From the NCBI GenBank assembly GCA_964484655.1, contig CAZAFA010000001.1, positions 31,242 to 95,241 on the forward strand: DNA of 64,000 nt. The letters run 5' to 3'. This document shows positions 8,842-18,973 of this stretch, one piece after another. The notes under the pieces were generated by a model. That model saw nothing but the letters and a program-made list of their open reading frames with translations. It had not been told where the DNA came from and ran no database searches. The position numbers and the translations under genes are program-made. Numbering within the stretch: the first letter of the stretch is position 1; the number at the start of each line of letters is the position of its first letter. This DNA is from an uncultured Candidatus Saccharibacteria bacterium (GTDB lineage Bacteria; Patescibacteriota; Minisyncoccia; UBA6257; 2-01-FULL-56-20).

Positions 8842-10042
8842 ATAAACTCACGAACCGCTTCCGTAGGATGCGCCAGGCGTCCAGCGGCGAGAGCATGCTC
8901 AATAGATACCGTGCCTCGGCGAGGATGGAGAGTAGCTGCGCGAGTCGTCCTCGGCAGCGCACGCCCAGGTACTGGGCGACGCCTCCCCTGGTACCCAGCG
9001 GGACCACGAACACCGGCCAGCCAGGATGGAACGGCCGCTCCTTCTTCCCGGCGATGCGCCGCAGGATGTTGTCCGCGACGCGGTCCGCCTGGTCGAGCGC
9101 CATATGCGCGGTCCAGGGAAGCGGCTTGCCCTTGTAATGGAAGGACGCGGCGTCGCCGATCGCATACACGTGCGGCTCGACGCCGCCCTCCTGCGGCACG
9201 CACGTCAGAGGCGCATCCGCCGCGAGCCGTCCCTTCTCCTGCACGTAGGGGAGCGTGCTCAGGATCGCCGGCGGCTGGATGCCGCCGGTCCAGACGAGCA
9301 CGTCGTGCGGCAGCGCGGCGCCGTCCGCGAGCGTCACCGCATCCTTGTCCGCGCCGGTTATGGCGACGCCGGTGCGCACCTGCACGCCTCTGCGCGCGAG
9401 CTCTTCGGCGGCGTAGGTCCGGACGTGCTCCGGGTAATTGCCGAGAATGGAAGGCGAAGCTTCCACGAGGGTGACGTGAACGCCTGCCTGCCAGGCGCCG
9501 ATGCGCTCGGCGAGCATCGCCGCGAGCTCGACGCCGGTCGGACCGGCGCCGCCTATCGTCACGCGCAGCGGCTTGTCCCGTCCGCGCATGAGCGTCGCGA
9601 GCGTGCGGTTGATGCGGTCCGCGTCAGCGAGCGTCTTGAGCGTGACGGCGTGCTCCTTGAGGCCGGGGATGCCGTAATACGCAGGCTCGCTCCCGAGCGC
9701 GATCACGAGCGTGTCGTAGCCGACCTGCCGTCCGTCCGCGAGCCCCACGGTCCTTGCCTCGGCGTCGATCGACGCGACCTCGGCCTGCATGAACGAGATC
9801 GGGAGGCCGGCGATGAGGCGCCGGATGGAGAGGGCGAAGGCGCGGTCCATAACGCGACGCCGCGCCGCGTCGGTGACGGCGCCCGCGAGGAGGTAGAAGC
9901 CGGGCGTGTAGCCGTGCATGCCGTCGCGGTTGATCAGCGTCACCGCGAGGTGCCGCCGCTTCGCGTCCCGCGCGAGGTTCCGCGCGGCGCGGATCCCGGC
10001 GAATCCGCCGCCGACGATGACCACGCGATGCGGGGAGCTCAT
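8840..10042 (-). CDS. ndh: Type II NADH dehydrogenase-like FAD-dependent oxidoreductase
   Basis: Two Rossmann motifs GGGFAG and GAGPTGVE, YDTLVIALGS, VYAIGD. Confidence 0.85.
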   Translation of the reverse strand: MSSPHRVVIVGGGFAGIRAARNLARDAKRRHLAVTLINRDGMHGYTPGFYLLAGAVTDAARRRVMDRAFALSIRRLIAGLPISFMQAEVASIDAEARTVGLADGRQVGYDTLVIALGSEPAYYGIPGLKEHAVTLKTLADADRINRTLATLMRGRDKPLRVTIGGAGPTGVELAAMLAERIGAWQAGVHVTLVEASPSILGNYPEHVRTYAAEELARRGVQVRTGVAITGADKDAVTLADGAALPHDVLVWTGGIQPPAILSTLPYVQEKGRLAADAPLTCVPQEGGVEPHVYAIGDAASFHYKGKPLPWTAHMALDQADRVADNILRRIAGKKERPFHPGWPVFVVPLGTRGGVAQYLGVRCRGRLAQLLSILAEARYLLSMLSPLDAWRILRKRFVSL

Positions 10043-10086
10043 GCGCACATTGTACCGGGGGTCCCCGATGAGTAAACTCGAGGGCA

Positions 10087-12255
10087 ATGCTCAAGCCTCT
10101 CGCCGACGCCTCCGACCGCGCCCTCTCCGGCATCGCGCTCGTGCGCATCGACGTCAACGCGGCTGACGACTGGCGCCTCGAGGCGGTCGTGCCTACGATT
10201 CGCCATCTCGCGGAGCGCGCGCGGAAGGTGATCGTGATCAGCCACAAGGGACGTCCGTCGCCGGGACAGCGCCTCGGCCCGCTGAGCCTCTGGAGCGACG
10301 CGCAGAAGCTGCAGGAGCATCTGGAGCAGGACGTCTGGTTCGTCTCCGACACGAGCATTCCCGCGGTGCGCAAGGAGCTCGCCACGATTCCCGACGGCAC
10401 CGTGACGGTCCTCGAGAACATCCGCGCCTTCAAGGGCGAATCCTCGGACGCGGAGAGCTTCGCGGCCGCGCTCGCCTCGCTCGGGGACTACTACGTCTCC
10501 GACGCGTTCCCGGTCTTGCATCACCCGGCGGCTTCCGTGACCGGCCTGCCGCGCCTCCTGCCGAGCTACGCCGGCTTCCAGCTCACCGAGGAGCTCGAGC
10601 GGCTCGGCAAGCTCTCCAACCGCGTGCGCCGGCCGTACGTGGTGGTAATCGGCGGCGCGAAGGCGGGGGACAAGCTCGGCGTCCTCGAGGAGGTGATCGG
10701 GCGCGCGGACAAGGTGCTCGTCGGCGGCGCGTGCGCGAACGCGCTGCTCGCGCTCTCGGGCGTCGACGTCGGGAACTCCGTCTACGAGCGCGACCCGAAG
10801 CTGCTCGCCGCGCTCAAGCCGTACGTGGGGCATAAGAAGATCATCCTGCCGACGGACTACGTCAGGAGCGGCGGCCGGATCCTCGACATCGGCCCGAAGA
10901 CGGCGCGCGCCTTCGCGCGCGAGGTGGGCAAGGCGGGGACCGTGCTCTGGACGGGCCCGCTCGGCCTCATCGAGCAGAAGCGCTTCGCGAAGGGCACGCT
11001 CGCCGCGGCCGTCGCGGCGGCGCGCAACCGCAAGGCGTTCACGGTCACCGGCGGCGGCGAGACGGTCACGTTCCTCAAGCAGCACGGCCTCGACCGGAAG
11101 TTCTCCTTCATCTCGACCGGCGGCGGCGCGATGATCGACTTCGTCGCGGGGAAGAAGCTGCCCGGCCTCGAGGCGCTCGCCGGACGCAAGGCGCCCGCCC
11201 CGCGGAAGAAGGCGGCCACGACGAAGGAGCGCGTCGCCCAGGTCATCGCGCCGAAGATGCCGAAGCTCGCGCCGACCTATGACATCTTCTTCCACGACGA
11301 CTTCGACGGCCGCGCCTCGGCCGCGGTCTTCATGGACTTCCTGTCGTCGCGCAAGAGCAAGGTGGGCCGCCTGATCCCGGTGGAGCACGACCTTGCCGAC
11401 GTCTGGCTCAAGCGCGACGCGCTCAATCGCATCGCCGGCAGCAAGCGGATCAACCCGGCCGTAGTCGTGGATTTCCCGTACCACCCGCAGGCCGCCTTCT
11501 GGTATGACCATCATCCGGGCGCCATCCGCCTGCCGGAGTGGGAGGCGCGCTTCCAGCCGTCCGTGTTCCGCCGGCTCGACACGGACTACGCGTCGGCCTG
11601 CCATCTCGTCCTGGACATGCTCGTCGAGGGATTCGGGTACGCGCCGCCGCGCCGCATCAAGGAGCTCGCGCGCTGGGCGGACATCGTCGACAGCGCCCGC
11701 TGGACCAACCCGTATCAGACCTTCGCGCTTCGGGAGCCTGGCATGCAGGTGAGCTCCTTCATCAGCGACGAGGCTGCCGCCGCCGCGCGCCGCGGCGAGC
11801 GCACGGACGCGCTTCCCTGGCTCATCGAGCTCATGGCCAAGCACGGCGTCGAGCGCGCCTCGCGCGACAAGCGCGTGCAGGCGGCCGTCGCGCGCATCCG
11901 CGAGGAGAGCAAGCAGTCGCTCGCGTTCTACCGCCGCAACCTGGAGGAGCGGGGGATCGTCGCGGTCATCGACACGTCGGGCCTGCCGACGCGCAAGCTG
12001 CGGTACGCGCCGTACTACCTGTCTCCCGCAGCGATCTACGCGCTCGCCCTGTCCGAGCGCAAGGACGGCTCGTACGTCATCCAGGCAGGCGTCAGCCCCT
12101 GGAAACGGGAGCGCAACGCCTTCGACATCGGCGGCGTGCTCCGGCAGTTCGGGGGCGGCGGCCATCCCTTCGCGGGCGCCGTGCGGCTCGCCACCCGAGC
12201 CGAAGCCGACCGCGTCGTCGACTACCTCGTCTCGCTGTTCAATGGCACCAGCTAG
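10087..12255 (+). CDS. pgk: Phosphoglycerate kinase fused to C-terminal DHH/DHHA1 phosphoesterase-like domain
   Basis: PGK motifs RIDVN, SHKGRP, LENIR, GGAK, DIGPKT, STGGGA; then HDDFDG, VVDF, DHH, GGGH. Confidence 0.85.
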   Translation: MLKPLADASDRALSGIALVRIDVNAADDWRLEAVVPTIRHLAERARKVIVISHKGRPSPGQRLGPLSLWSDAQKLQEHLEQDVWFVSDTSIPAVRKELATIPDGTVTVLENIRAFKGESSDAESFAAALASLGDYYVSDAFPVLHHPAASVTGLPRLLPSYAGFQLTEELERLGKLSNRVRRPYVVVIGGAKAGDKLGVLEEVIGRADKVLVGGACANALLALSGVDVGNSVYERDPKLLAALKPYVGHKKIILPTDYVRSGGRILDIGPKTARAFAREVGKAGTVLWTGPLGLIEQKRFAKGTLAAAVAAARNRKAFTVTGGGETVTFLKQHGLDRKFSFISTGGGAMIDFVAGKKLPGLEALAGRKAPAPRKKAATTKERVAQVIAPKMPKLAPTYDIFFHDDFDGRASAAVFMDFLSSRKSKVGRLIPVEHDLADVWLKRDALNRIAGSKRINPAVVVDFPYHPQAAFWYDHHPGAIRLPEWEARFQPSVFRRLDTDYASACHLVLDMLVEGFGYAPPRRIKELARWADIVDSARWTNPYQTFALREPGMQVSSFISDEAAAAARRGERTDALPWLIELMAKHGVERASRDKRVQAAVARIREESKQSLAFYRRNLEERGIVAVIDTSGLPTRKLRYAPYYLSPAAIYALALSERKDGSYVIQAGVSPWKRERNAFDIGGVLRQFGGGGHPFAGAVRLATRAEADRVVDYLVSLFNGTS

Positions 12256-12676
12256 GCCCCAGCTCACCGACGGCGTCCTCGTCGTCTACACGGACGGGGG
12301 CTCGCGCGGCAACCCCGGCCCTGCCGCCGCCGGCTGGGTGGTCGGCGGGCTGAGCTTCGGAAAGTTCATCGGCGTCACCACGAACAACGACGCCGAGTAC
12401 CAGGCCATCATCAACGGACTGCGGACCGCGAAGGACCTGCTCGGGAAGGCGACGGCGAAGCGTACGCGCGTCGAGGTGCGCATGGACTCCGAGCTCGCCT
12501 GCAAGCAGCTCAATCACGAGTACCGGCTCAACGATCCCCAGATCCAGAGGCACTTCATCGAGATCTGGAACCTCATGCTCGACTTCGCGGAGGTGCGCTT
12601 CGTGCACGTGCGCCGCGAGTTCAACAAGGACGCGGACGCTGCTGCGAACCGGGCCCTGGACGAGGCGGGATACTAG
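12242..12676 (+). CDS. rnhA: Ribonuclease HI
   Basis: YTDGGSRGNPG, TNNDAEY, DSEL, HVRREFNKDAD. Confidence 0.93.
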   Translation: MAPARPQLTDGVLVVYTDGGSRGNPGPAAAGWVVGGLSFGKFIGVTTNNDAEYQAIINGLRTAKDLLGKATAKRTRVEVRMDSELACKQLNHEYRLNDPQIQRHFIEIWNLMLDFAEVRFVHVRREFNKDADAAANRALDEAGY

Positions 12677-12695
12677 GACCTGGTACACTTATCCC

Positions 12696-13223
12696 ATGCA
12701 CAAGACCGCCAAGATACTCATCGCCGTCCTGGCGCTCGTCCTCATCGCCTTCGTCGCGTATCGCGCGACGAAGAGCCGGACGGTCGTCGGGACGCCGTCG
12801 CCTGACAAGGTGACCTGGACGAGCTTCGCCGACCCGCAGGAGCGCTACGCGCTCGACCAGCCGCAGGGCTTCGACCCGCTGCCGAGCGTGGACGGGTCCA
12901 AGATGTCGTTCCGCAACGCGGCGCTGACCCGCGAGGGCCAACCCGCCACGGTCTCGGTCGAGCTCATGGACAATCCCGACGACCTCGACCTCCAGTCCTG
13001 GTTCGACCAGCAGATTCGCGACGGCATCCTGCCCGCCTACAGCACGTCGACGAAGATCACCCGCGACGGGCGCCTCGGCGGCAAGGAGGTCATCACGGTG
13101 CGCCCCGCCGTGGGATCGTCCTCGTACTTCTTCGTAGCCGGACCCAAGAAAATCGCGGTCATGCACGAGATCCTCGCCGAGGCGTACATGGACCGCTTCA
13201 TCCGCAGCTTCTCGCTGAAGTAG
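12696..13223 (+). CDS. Membrane-anchored exported protein (PsbP-like fold possible)
   Basis: N-terminal TM; ends ...FIRSFSLK; -10 TACACT 6 nt upstream. Confidence 0.7.
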   Translation: MHKTAKILIAVLALVLIAFVAYRATKSRTVVGTPSPDKVTWTSFADPQERYALDQPQGFDPLPSVDGSKMSFRNAALTREGQPATVSVELMDNPDDLDLQSWFDQQIRDGILPAYSTSTKITRDGRLGGKEVITVRPAVGSSSYFFVAGPKKIAVMHEILAEAYMDRFIRSFSLK

Positions 13224-15017
13224 CTAGTCGAGGCGGTACAGGAAGATGCTCGTGCCGGCGCGGGCGTCCGGCTCCGGGACGGTGCCGTGCGCCGCGCCGC
13301 GCAGCGCCTGGAGCCACCGGTACTCGTCGATGGTCAGGCGCGGCTCGAGGTTCGCGAGGCCCTGGGTCGCCGTGAGGAGGTAGCTGCTGGATACCGCGAG
13401 CCAGCGGATGCCGTATTCCGCGGGATTGCCGCGCGCTGACCACCAGGCGATCGCGCGCGGGCCGAGCAATGCTTGCGGATCGCTGCCGCCGAACAAGTCC
13501 ACCGCTATGAGCCCTTCTTCAGGGTGCTCGTCCATCCAGCGGCGGAGGCGCAGCGCGTCCTGCCCCCAGTCGTAGTTGCTGTCCGCGGCGACCAGGTAGC
13601 CGTGCGCGGTCCCGCCCGCGAGCGGGTTGTAGTACGCGAGCGGGTAGGGTAGGGACAGGATGCCGACCGCGCCATGCAGCGCGAGCGCGCCCGCGAGCGC
13701 GTAGCCGAAGCGGCGGTCGCGCCGCGCCGCCTCGCGCCAGCCGGCGAGCGCGACGAGGTAGCCTGCCAGGATGACCGGGAAGAGATGGCGGATGCCGATG
13801 TTCAGCGAGCTCCGGAAGGTCATCGCGAGGTAGAGGGCCGCGAAGACGGCGAGCACGAGCTCGGGACTGACGCGCCGGCCGATCGCCGCCTCCCCGCCGC
13901 GCTGCCGCTCGCGGCGGTACAGCCAGAGGCCGGCTATCAGGATGGCGAGCGCGGGGAGCGTCTCCTTCGCGGCGTAGACTACCGGGAAGTAGAGGCGCGA
14001 GCCCGCCGCGCTCACGCTGCCGAGGAAGTAGGCGGTGTTTCCGCCCGCGGACCGCTGCGCGACCATGAGGACGCCGAGGAGGTACGTCCCGGCGGGCTGC
14101 GTGAGCTTGCTGCCCGAGAGCGCGATGGCGAGATCGGCCGCGTAGCGCTGCGGCGGGCGCACCAGGCGGTCCGTCGGCCCGCCGGCGAAGGAGCTCAGCA
14201 GGAACGCCGCGTCGCGGCGGCTGATCTCCGGTTCGCCGCGCAGCGTCAGCGCGAGGTAGGCGGGATATACCACGAGCGAGTACGCGGCCACGATGACGAC
14301 CGCCGTCTGCTTGAGGAGGAGGCGCGCATGCGGCCACGAGCGCGCGCCGCGGTACCCATGCAGCGCCGCTACCGCGAGGAAGGCCGGCACGAGGAGCACG
14401 AGCGAGAACTTCGCGAGCTCGGCGACGCCGAGCGCGACGACGGCGAGCGCGCCGCTCCGGAGGCCCGGCCGGTTCAGGAACGCGGCGAAGGCGGCGCAGG
14501 CGAGCGCTCCCGCTCCCGCGGCCGCGACGTCGGTGGTGACCAGGTGCGCGTGGCCGAGGAAGAACGGCGAGAGCGCGACGAGCGCGACGAGCGCGACGCC
14601 CCAGGCCTCGCCCCAGCGCCGCGCGACGGCGCGCCAGCCGATCAGCAGCAGGCCGAGGTTGAGGAGGGCCACGCCGAGGCGGCCGAGCGCGAGCAGGGCG
14701 CCCGCGTCGCGGTCGCCGCCCCAGAGCACCGCGTCGCCTGCGCGCCACTGCTCGTTGATGCCGCCGTCCCACCACGGCGCGTCGGTCGGGAGGCGCGGCT
14801 GGACGACCTGCGCGAATGCGCCCGCGAAGACCTTGATCAGCGGGGGATGCTCCGGATTGAGCCGGTACGCCAGCTGCTGCACGTACCCGATGCCGGCAGC
14901 CAGGTGCGGCGTCTCGTCGACCGCAGGCGCGTCCGCGAAGAGGGCGTAGCCGCTCCAGAGCGCCGTGATGAGGACCAGCAGCGCGCCGAGCGCGCGGTAT
15001 CGGACGGCGGGGGACAC
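13224..15017 (-). CDS. GT39/PMT-like polytopic glycosyltransferase
   Basis: DETPHL, NPEHPPL, DSNYDWGQD motifs, many TMs; GTG start. Confidence 0.85.
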   Translation of the reverse strand: MSPAVRYRALGALLVLITALWSGYALFADAPAVDETPHLAAGIGYVQQLAYRLNPEHPPLIKVFAGAFAQVVQPRLPTDAPWWDGGINEQWRAGDAVLWGGDRDAGALLALGRLGVALLNLGLLLIGWRAVARRWGEAWGVALVALVALSPFFLGHAHLVTTDVAAAGAGALACAAFAAFLNRPGLRSGALAVVALGVAELAKFSLVLLVPAFLAVAALHGYRGARSWPHARLLLKQTAVVIVAAYSLVVYPAYLALTLRGEPEISRRDAAFLLSSFAGGPTDRLVRPPQRYAADLAIALSGSKLTQPAGTYLLGVLMVAQRSAGGNTAYFLGSVSAAGSRLYFPVVYAAKETLPALAILIAGLWLYRRERQRGGEAAIGRRVSPELVLAVFAALYLAMTFRSSLNIGIRHLFPVILAGYLVALAGWREAARRDRRFGYALAGALALHGAVGILSLPYPLAYYNPLAGGTAHGYLVAADSNYDWGQDALRLRRWMDEHPEEGLIAVDLFGGSDPQALLGPRAIAWWSARGNPAEYGIRWLAVSSSYLLTATQGLANLEPRLTIDEYRWLQALRGAAHGTVPEPDARAGTSIFLYRLD

Positions 15018-15071
15018 GGCGTCAGTCTACTGCATTGAGGAGGGCGGTCGAGTACGGCTATGATGCAGCCG

Positions 15072-16856
15072 ATGCGCGACATCGTCCCATACGCCGACGC
15101 CGATCCCACGCCGGACCGTCCCCCGCGGCCGCCGGTCCCGCGCGAGCCGCGGCGGAAGCTCCGTGCCGCCCTCCTCGCGTCCTTCCTCGGCCTTGCGCTC
15201 CTGGTCGCGAGCGTCGGGTCCATCGTCGTGGCGTTCGGCCGGATGGCCGACGCGACGCCGCTCTCGTTCCCGCTCGCATCCGTCCTCGAGACTATCTCGA
15301 GCGCGTACCGCCGCATAGCCGGATTTGCCGGCAGCAGCGTGGCGCTCGTACGGCTCGGCAACGAGGCCCTCGCCCTCGCCCCGGACCTCCTCAAGGGGAA
15401 GCGCGGCGACGAATTGATTGCACTCCTCGGCCGCGCGCAGGACGAGCTCGCCGCGCTCGGCAGCACGGGCCTCGTGCCCGAGCTCGGCGCCAAGGGGAGC
15501 GACCTGGCGACGGCGGCGGGCGCGTTCCGCGAATGGCTCGACAGCGCGGAGGAGCGCCGCGTCGCCGTGGTCTTCGGCAACTCCGCCGAGATGCGCGCCG
15601 GCGGCGGCTTCATCGGCAGCTACGCCGAGGTCACGCTGCGCCGCGGCGCCGTCGCGGGGATCGTCGTGCGCGACATCAACGACGCCGACAGCGGGAGCGG
15701 CGACCGCACGATCCCGCCACCGCAGCTCGAGCCCGTCGCCGCGCGCTGGCGAGCCGCCGACGCCAACTGGTTCCTCTCCGGGCCCGCGTCCGGCGCCGCG
15801 TTCCTGAACCTGCTCAACCGCTCGCCGCTCTATAAGGACAAGCCGGTCGACGCGGCTTTCTTCGTCGCGCCGCGCGTGGTCTCCGACTTCCTCGCGCTCA
15901 CCGGCCCGATCGAGGCGGGCGGCGTGACCGTCGACAAGGACAACTTCCTCCGCGTCATCCAGAACGAGGTCCAGGAGGGGCAGGCGTCCGGCGCGGAATC
16001 GCCCAAGGCCGTGCTCACCGCGCTCGTGCCGGCCTTCACCGACGCCCTCCTCTCGCAGGCGCGGAGCCAGCCGCTCGCCGTCGTCGAGACGCTCCGGAAC
16101 GGCGTCGCGCGGCGCGACATCGTCGCGTACGCAGACGACGCCGCCGTGGAGCGCGCGCTGGACCTGCTCGGCATGAGCGGCAGCCTCTACCCGACCGGGG
16201 ACCGCTTCGTCGGCGGCTACGTCGCCGTCGCCCCGAGCACGATCGGCGGGGACAAGACGGACGCCGTCACGGGCCAGGAGGTCCGCGTCAGGCAGCAGCT
16301 CTTCCCGAAGGGTCTCGTCGAGACCACCGTCGAGGTGGAGCGCGCCCATCGCGGCGCCGACGACGACCCGTGGTGGTACCGCGAGGAGCACCGCAGCTAC
16401 GTGAAGGTCTACGCGCCGCAGGATTCCACGCCGCTCGCCGCGACCGGCATCTGGCTGCGCGACCGCGCGCTCGCGACGTACGACGGCACGTTCTCCGCCT
16501 ACGAGCCGCTCGCGACGGTCCTGTCCACGCGGGCGTACTTCCCGGACGTGCCCGGCGTCGAGTCGTACCGCGAGGCGGACAAGACGGTGTTCGGCTTCTG
16601 GCAGCGCACGGCGCGCGGCGCCTCGACCGTGGCGCGCCTCTCCTACGCGACCCAGCTGCCGCGCGAGCTCCGGGACGGCGACGCGTATGCCTTCGTCCTC
16701 GAGCGCCAGCCGGCGAGCACCTCCTCGTACCGGGTCGACGTGTACGCGCCGCCCGGATTCCGCTTCGCCGAGAGCGGGACCGCGCGGTACCAGTGGTCCA
16801 GCGAAGATCCCGCGGGCCGCACCGTGACGGCGCTCACCCTGCAGGCCGCCCCGTGA
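15072..16856 (+). CDS. DUF4012-like membrane-anchored protein
   Basis: NSAEMRAGGGFIGSY, DANW, GGDKTD motifs. Confidence 0.8.
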   Translation: MRDIVPYADADPTPDRPPRPPVPREPRRKLRAALLASFLGLALLVASVGSIVVAFGRMADATPLSFPLASVLETISSAYRRIAGFAGSSVALVRLGNEALALAPDLLKGKRGDELIALLGRAQDELAALGSTGLVPELGAKGSDLATAAGAFREWLDSAEERRVAVVFGNSAEMRAGGGFIGSYAEVTLRRGAVAGIVVRDINDADSGSGDRTIPPPQLEPVAARWRAADANWFLSGPASGAAFLNLLNRSPLYKDKPVDAAFFVAPRVVSDFLALTGPIEAGGVTVDKDNFLRVIQNEVQEGQASGAESPKAVLTALVPAFTDALLSQARSQPLAVVETLRNGVARRDIVAYADDAAVERALDLLGMSGSLYPTGDRFVGGYVAVAPSTIGGDKTDAVTGQEVRVRQQLFPKGLVETTVEVERAHRGADDDPWWYREEHRSYVKVYAPQDSTPLAATGIWLRDRALATYDGTFSAYEPLATVLSTRAYFPDVPGVESYREADKTVFGFWQRTARGASTVARLSYATQLPRELRDGDAYAFVLERQPASTSSYRVDVYAPPGFRFAESGTARYQWSSEDPAGRTVTALTLQAAP

Positions 16857-18607
16857 TGGACATCCGCAACTTCGTCATCATCGCGCACATCGACCACGGC
16901 AAGTCCACGCTCGCGGACCGCATGCTCGAGGTCACGGGCACCGTCGAGATGCGCAAGATGCGCGCGCAGTACCTCGACCAGCTCGAGCTCGAGCGCGAGC
17001 GCGGCATCACCATCAAGATGGCGCCGGTGCGCATGCAGTGGAAGGGCGTGACGCTCAACCTCATCGACACGCCGGGGCACAGCGACTTCAGCTACGAGGT
17101 CAGCCGCGCCCTGCAGGCGGTCGAGGGCGCCGTGCTCCTGGTCGACGCGACCAAGGGCATCCAGGCGCAGACGCTCTCCAACCTGCGCGCCGCCCGCGCG
17201 GCGGGTCTCACGATCATCGGCGCCGTGAACAAGGTGGACATGAACCCGCCCCACCTCGACGACACGATCCTCGCGCTCGCCCAGCTGCTGGACCAGAGCC
17301 CGGACGACATCCACCGCATCTCGGGCAAGGCCGGCACCGGCGTGCCGGAGCTCCTCGACATGGTCGTCGCGAAGGTCCCTCCCGCGGAGGCGGGGAGCGG
17401 CAAGCTTGCCGCCCTGATCTTCGACTCGCGCTACGACGACCATCGCGGCATCCTCGCCTTCGTGCGCGTCGAGGCCGGGCAGATCAGGCCCGGGGACGAG
17501 GTCGTGCTCGCCGCGACGGGCGCCCGGGTCAAGGTGAAGGAGGTCGGCTCGTTCGCGCCGCAGCTGACGCCGGGCAAGGCGCTCGAGACCGGGCAGATCG
17601 GCTACGTCGCCACCGGCCTCAAGGACACGGGCATCGTGCGCATCGGCGACACGGTCGTGCAGCAGGGCGGGGCTGACGCGGCGCTTCCGGGCTACCGCCA
17701 GCCGGAGCCGGTCGTCTTCATCGCGTTCTATCCGGACGAGAGCACGTCCTTCGACGACCTCGAGCGCGCGCTCGCCAAGCTCCGCCTCAACGACGCGGCG
17801 CTCGTGGTTTCCCCGGACGCCAACGAGGCGCTCGGACGCGGCCTGAAGGTGGGATTCCTCGGCCAGCTCCATTTCGAGATCACGGCCGGCCGCCTCCAGC
17901 GCGAGTTCGGCCTCTCGGTGGTCACGAGCTTCCCGTCCATCGCGTACCGCGTGCGGACCGGCGGCGTCGAGAAGATCGTCACCCAGGGCGACGAGTGGCC
18001 GAGCGAGGTGGACCAGGCCTGGCAGCCCATGATCAAGCTCGAGATCATCGCCCCGCCCGACTACGTCAACGCGGTCTCGCAGGTCGGCGCCCGGTACGAC
18101 ATGGAGACGCTCGCCTTCGAGAACATCGGCGAGTCCGTCCTCATCGAGGCGCGCATGCCGCTCTCCGAGCTCATCCGCGACTTCGACGACCAGCTGAAGT
18201 CCGCCACGGCCGGCTACGCGTCCTTCACGTACGAGCCGGACGGCGAGGAGGTCGCGAAGCTCGTGAAGCTGGAGATCCTGCTCGCGGGCGAGGTGGAGCC
18301 GGCGCTCACGCGCATCGTGCCGCGCAAGGACGCGGAGCGCGAAGGCCGCGGCATGTGCGAGAAGCTCAAGGAGCTCCTGCCGAAGCTGCAGTTCGCGCAG
18401 GCGATCCAGGCGCGCGTGGACAGCAAGATCATCGCGCGCGAGACGATCGCCGCCATGAAGAAGGACGTGACCGGGTACCTGTACGGCGGCGACCGCAGCC
18501 GCAAGATGAAGCTCTGGAAGAAGCAGCAGGAAGGCAAGAAGCGCCTCAAGGCGAGCGGCACGGTGTCGGTCCCGATCGAGGTATTCCGCGAGATCCTCAA
18601 GAAGTAG
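16856..18607 (+). CDS. lepA: Translation elongation factor 4
   Basis: IAHIDHGKST, RERGITIK, DTPGH, YGGDRSRKMKL; coupled start TGATG. Confidence 0.97.
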   Translation: MDIRNFVIIAHIDHGKSTLADRMLEVTGTVEMRKMRAQYLDQLELERERGITIKMAPVRMQWKGVTLNLIDTPGHSDFSYEVSRALQAVEGAVLLVDATKGIQAQTLSNLRAARAAGLTIIGAVNKVDMNPPHLDDTILALAQLLDQSPDDIHRISGKAGTGVPELLDMVVAKVPPAEAGSGKLAALIFDSRYDDHRGILAFVRVEAGQIRPGDEVVLAATGARVKVKEVGSFAPQLTPGKALETGQIGYVATGLKDTGIVRIGDTVVQQGGADAALPGYRQPEPVVFIAFYPDESTSFDDLERALAKLRLNDAALVVSPDANEALGRGLKVGFLGQLHFEITAGRLQREFGLSVVTSFPSIAYRVRTGGVEKIVTQGDEWPSEVDQAWQPMIKLEIIAPPDYVNAVSQVGARYDMETLAFENIGESVLIEARMPLSELIRDFDDQLKSATAGYASFTYEPDGEEVAKLVKLEILLAGEVEPALTRIVPRKDAEREGRGMCEKLKELLPKLQFAQAIQARVDSKIIARETIAAMKKDVTGYLYGGDRSRKMKLWKKQQEGKKRLKASGTVSVPIEVFREILKK

Positions 18608-18619
18608 TAGGATAGCCGC

Positions 18620-18973
18620 ATGGCCCGCATGCGCACGCCTTCGCTGTCCGACCGCATCCGGTCGATGCCGCTCCCTTCCGCGCGCCAGGCCGGCATCCTC
18701 GCGGTGCTCGCGATCGTCGTGATACTCAGCGGAGTGCGCCTCGCCGGCCTCGCCGACGAGCTGCAGGACACGCGCGGCAAGCGCGCCGAGCTCGAGGAGA
18801 AGCGCGCCGAGCTCGAGCGGCGTCACCGCGACCTCGAGACGCAGTCCACCTTCGTCGCCGATCCCGACCACCTCGAGCAGGAGCTCCGCGCCCGCTACAA
18901 TTACAAGAAGCCGGGCGAGCAGGTGATCATCGTCGTGCCGCCCGCGACATCGACCACCTCCACCGCCCCATGA
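18620..18973 (+). CDS. Septum formation initiator (FtsB/DivIC family)
   Basis: Single TM, coiled coil, LEQELRARYNYKKPGE. Confidence 0.8.
   Translation: MARMRTPSLSDRIRSMPLPSARQAGILAVLAIVVILSGVRLAGLADELQDTRGKRAELEEKRAELERRHRDLETQSTFVADPDHLEQELRARYNYKKPGEQVIIVVPPATSTTSTAP

Noticed and set aside
16370-16855. N-terminal extension of LepA in the ORF track
   Set aside because: Overlaps the DUF4012 gene; homology starts at the coupled ATG 16856
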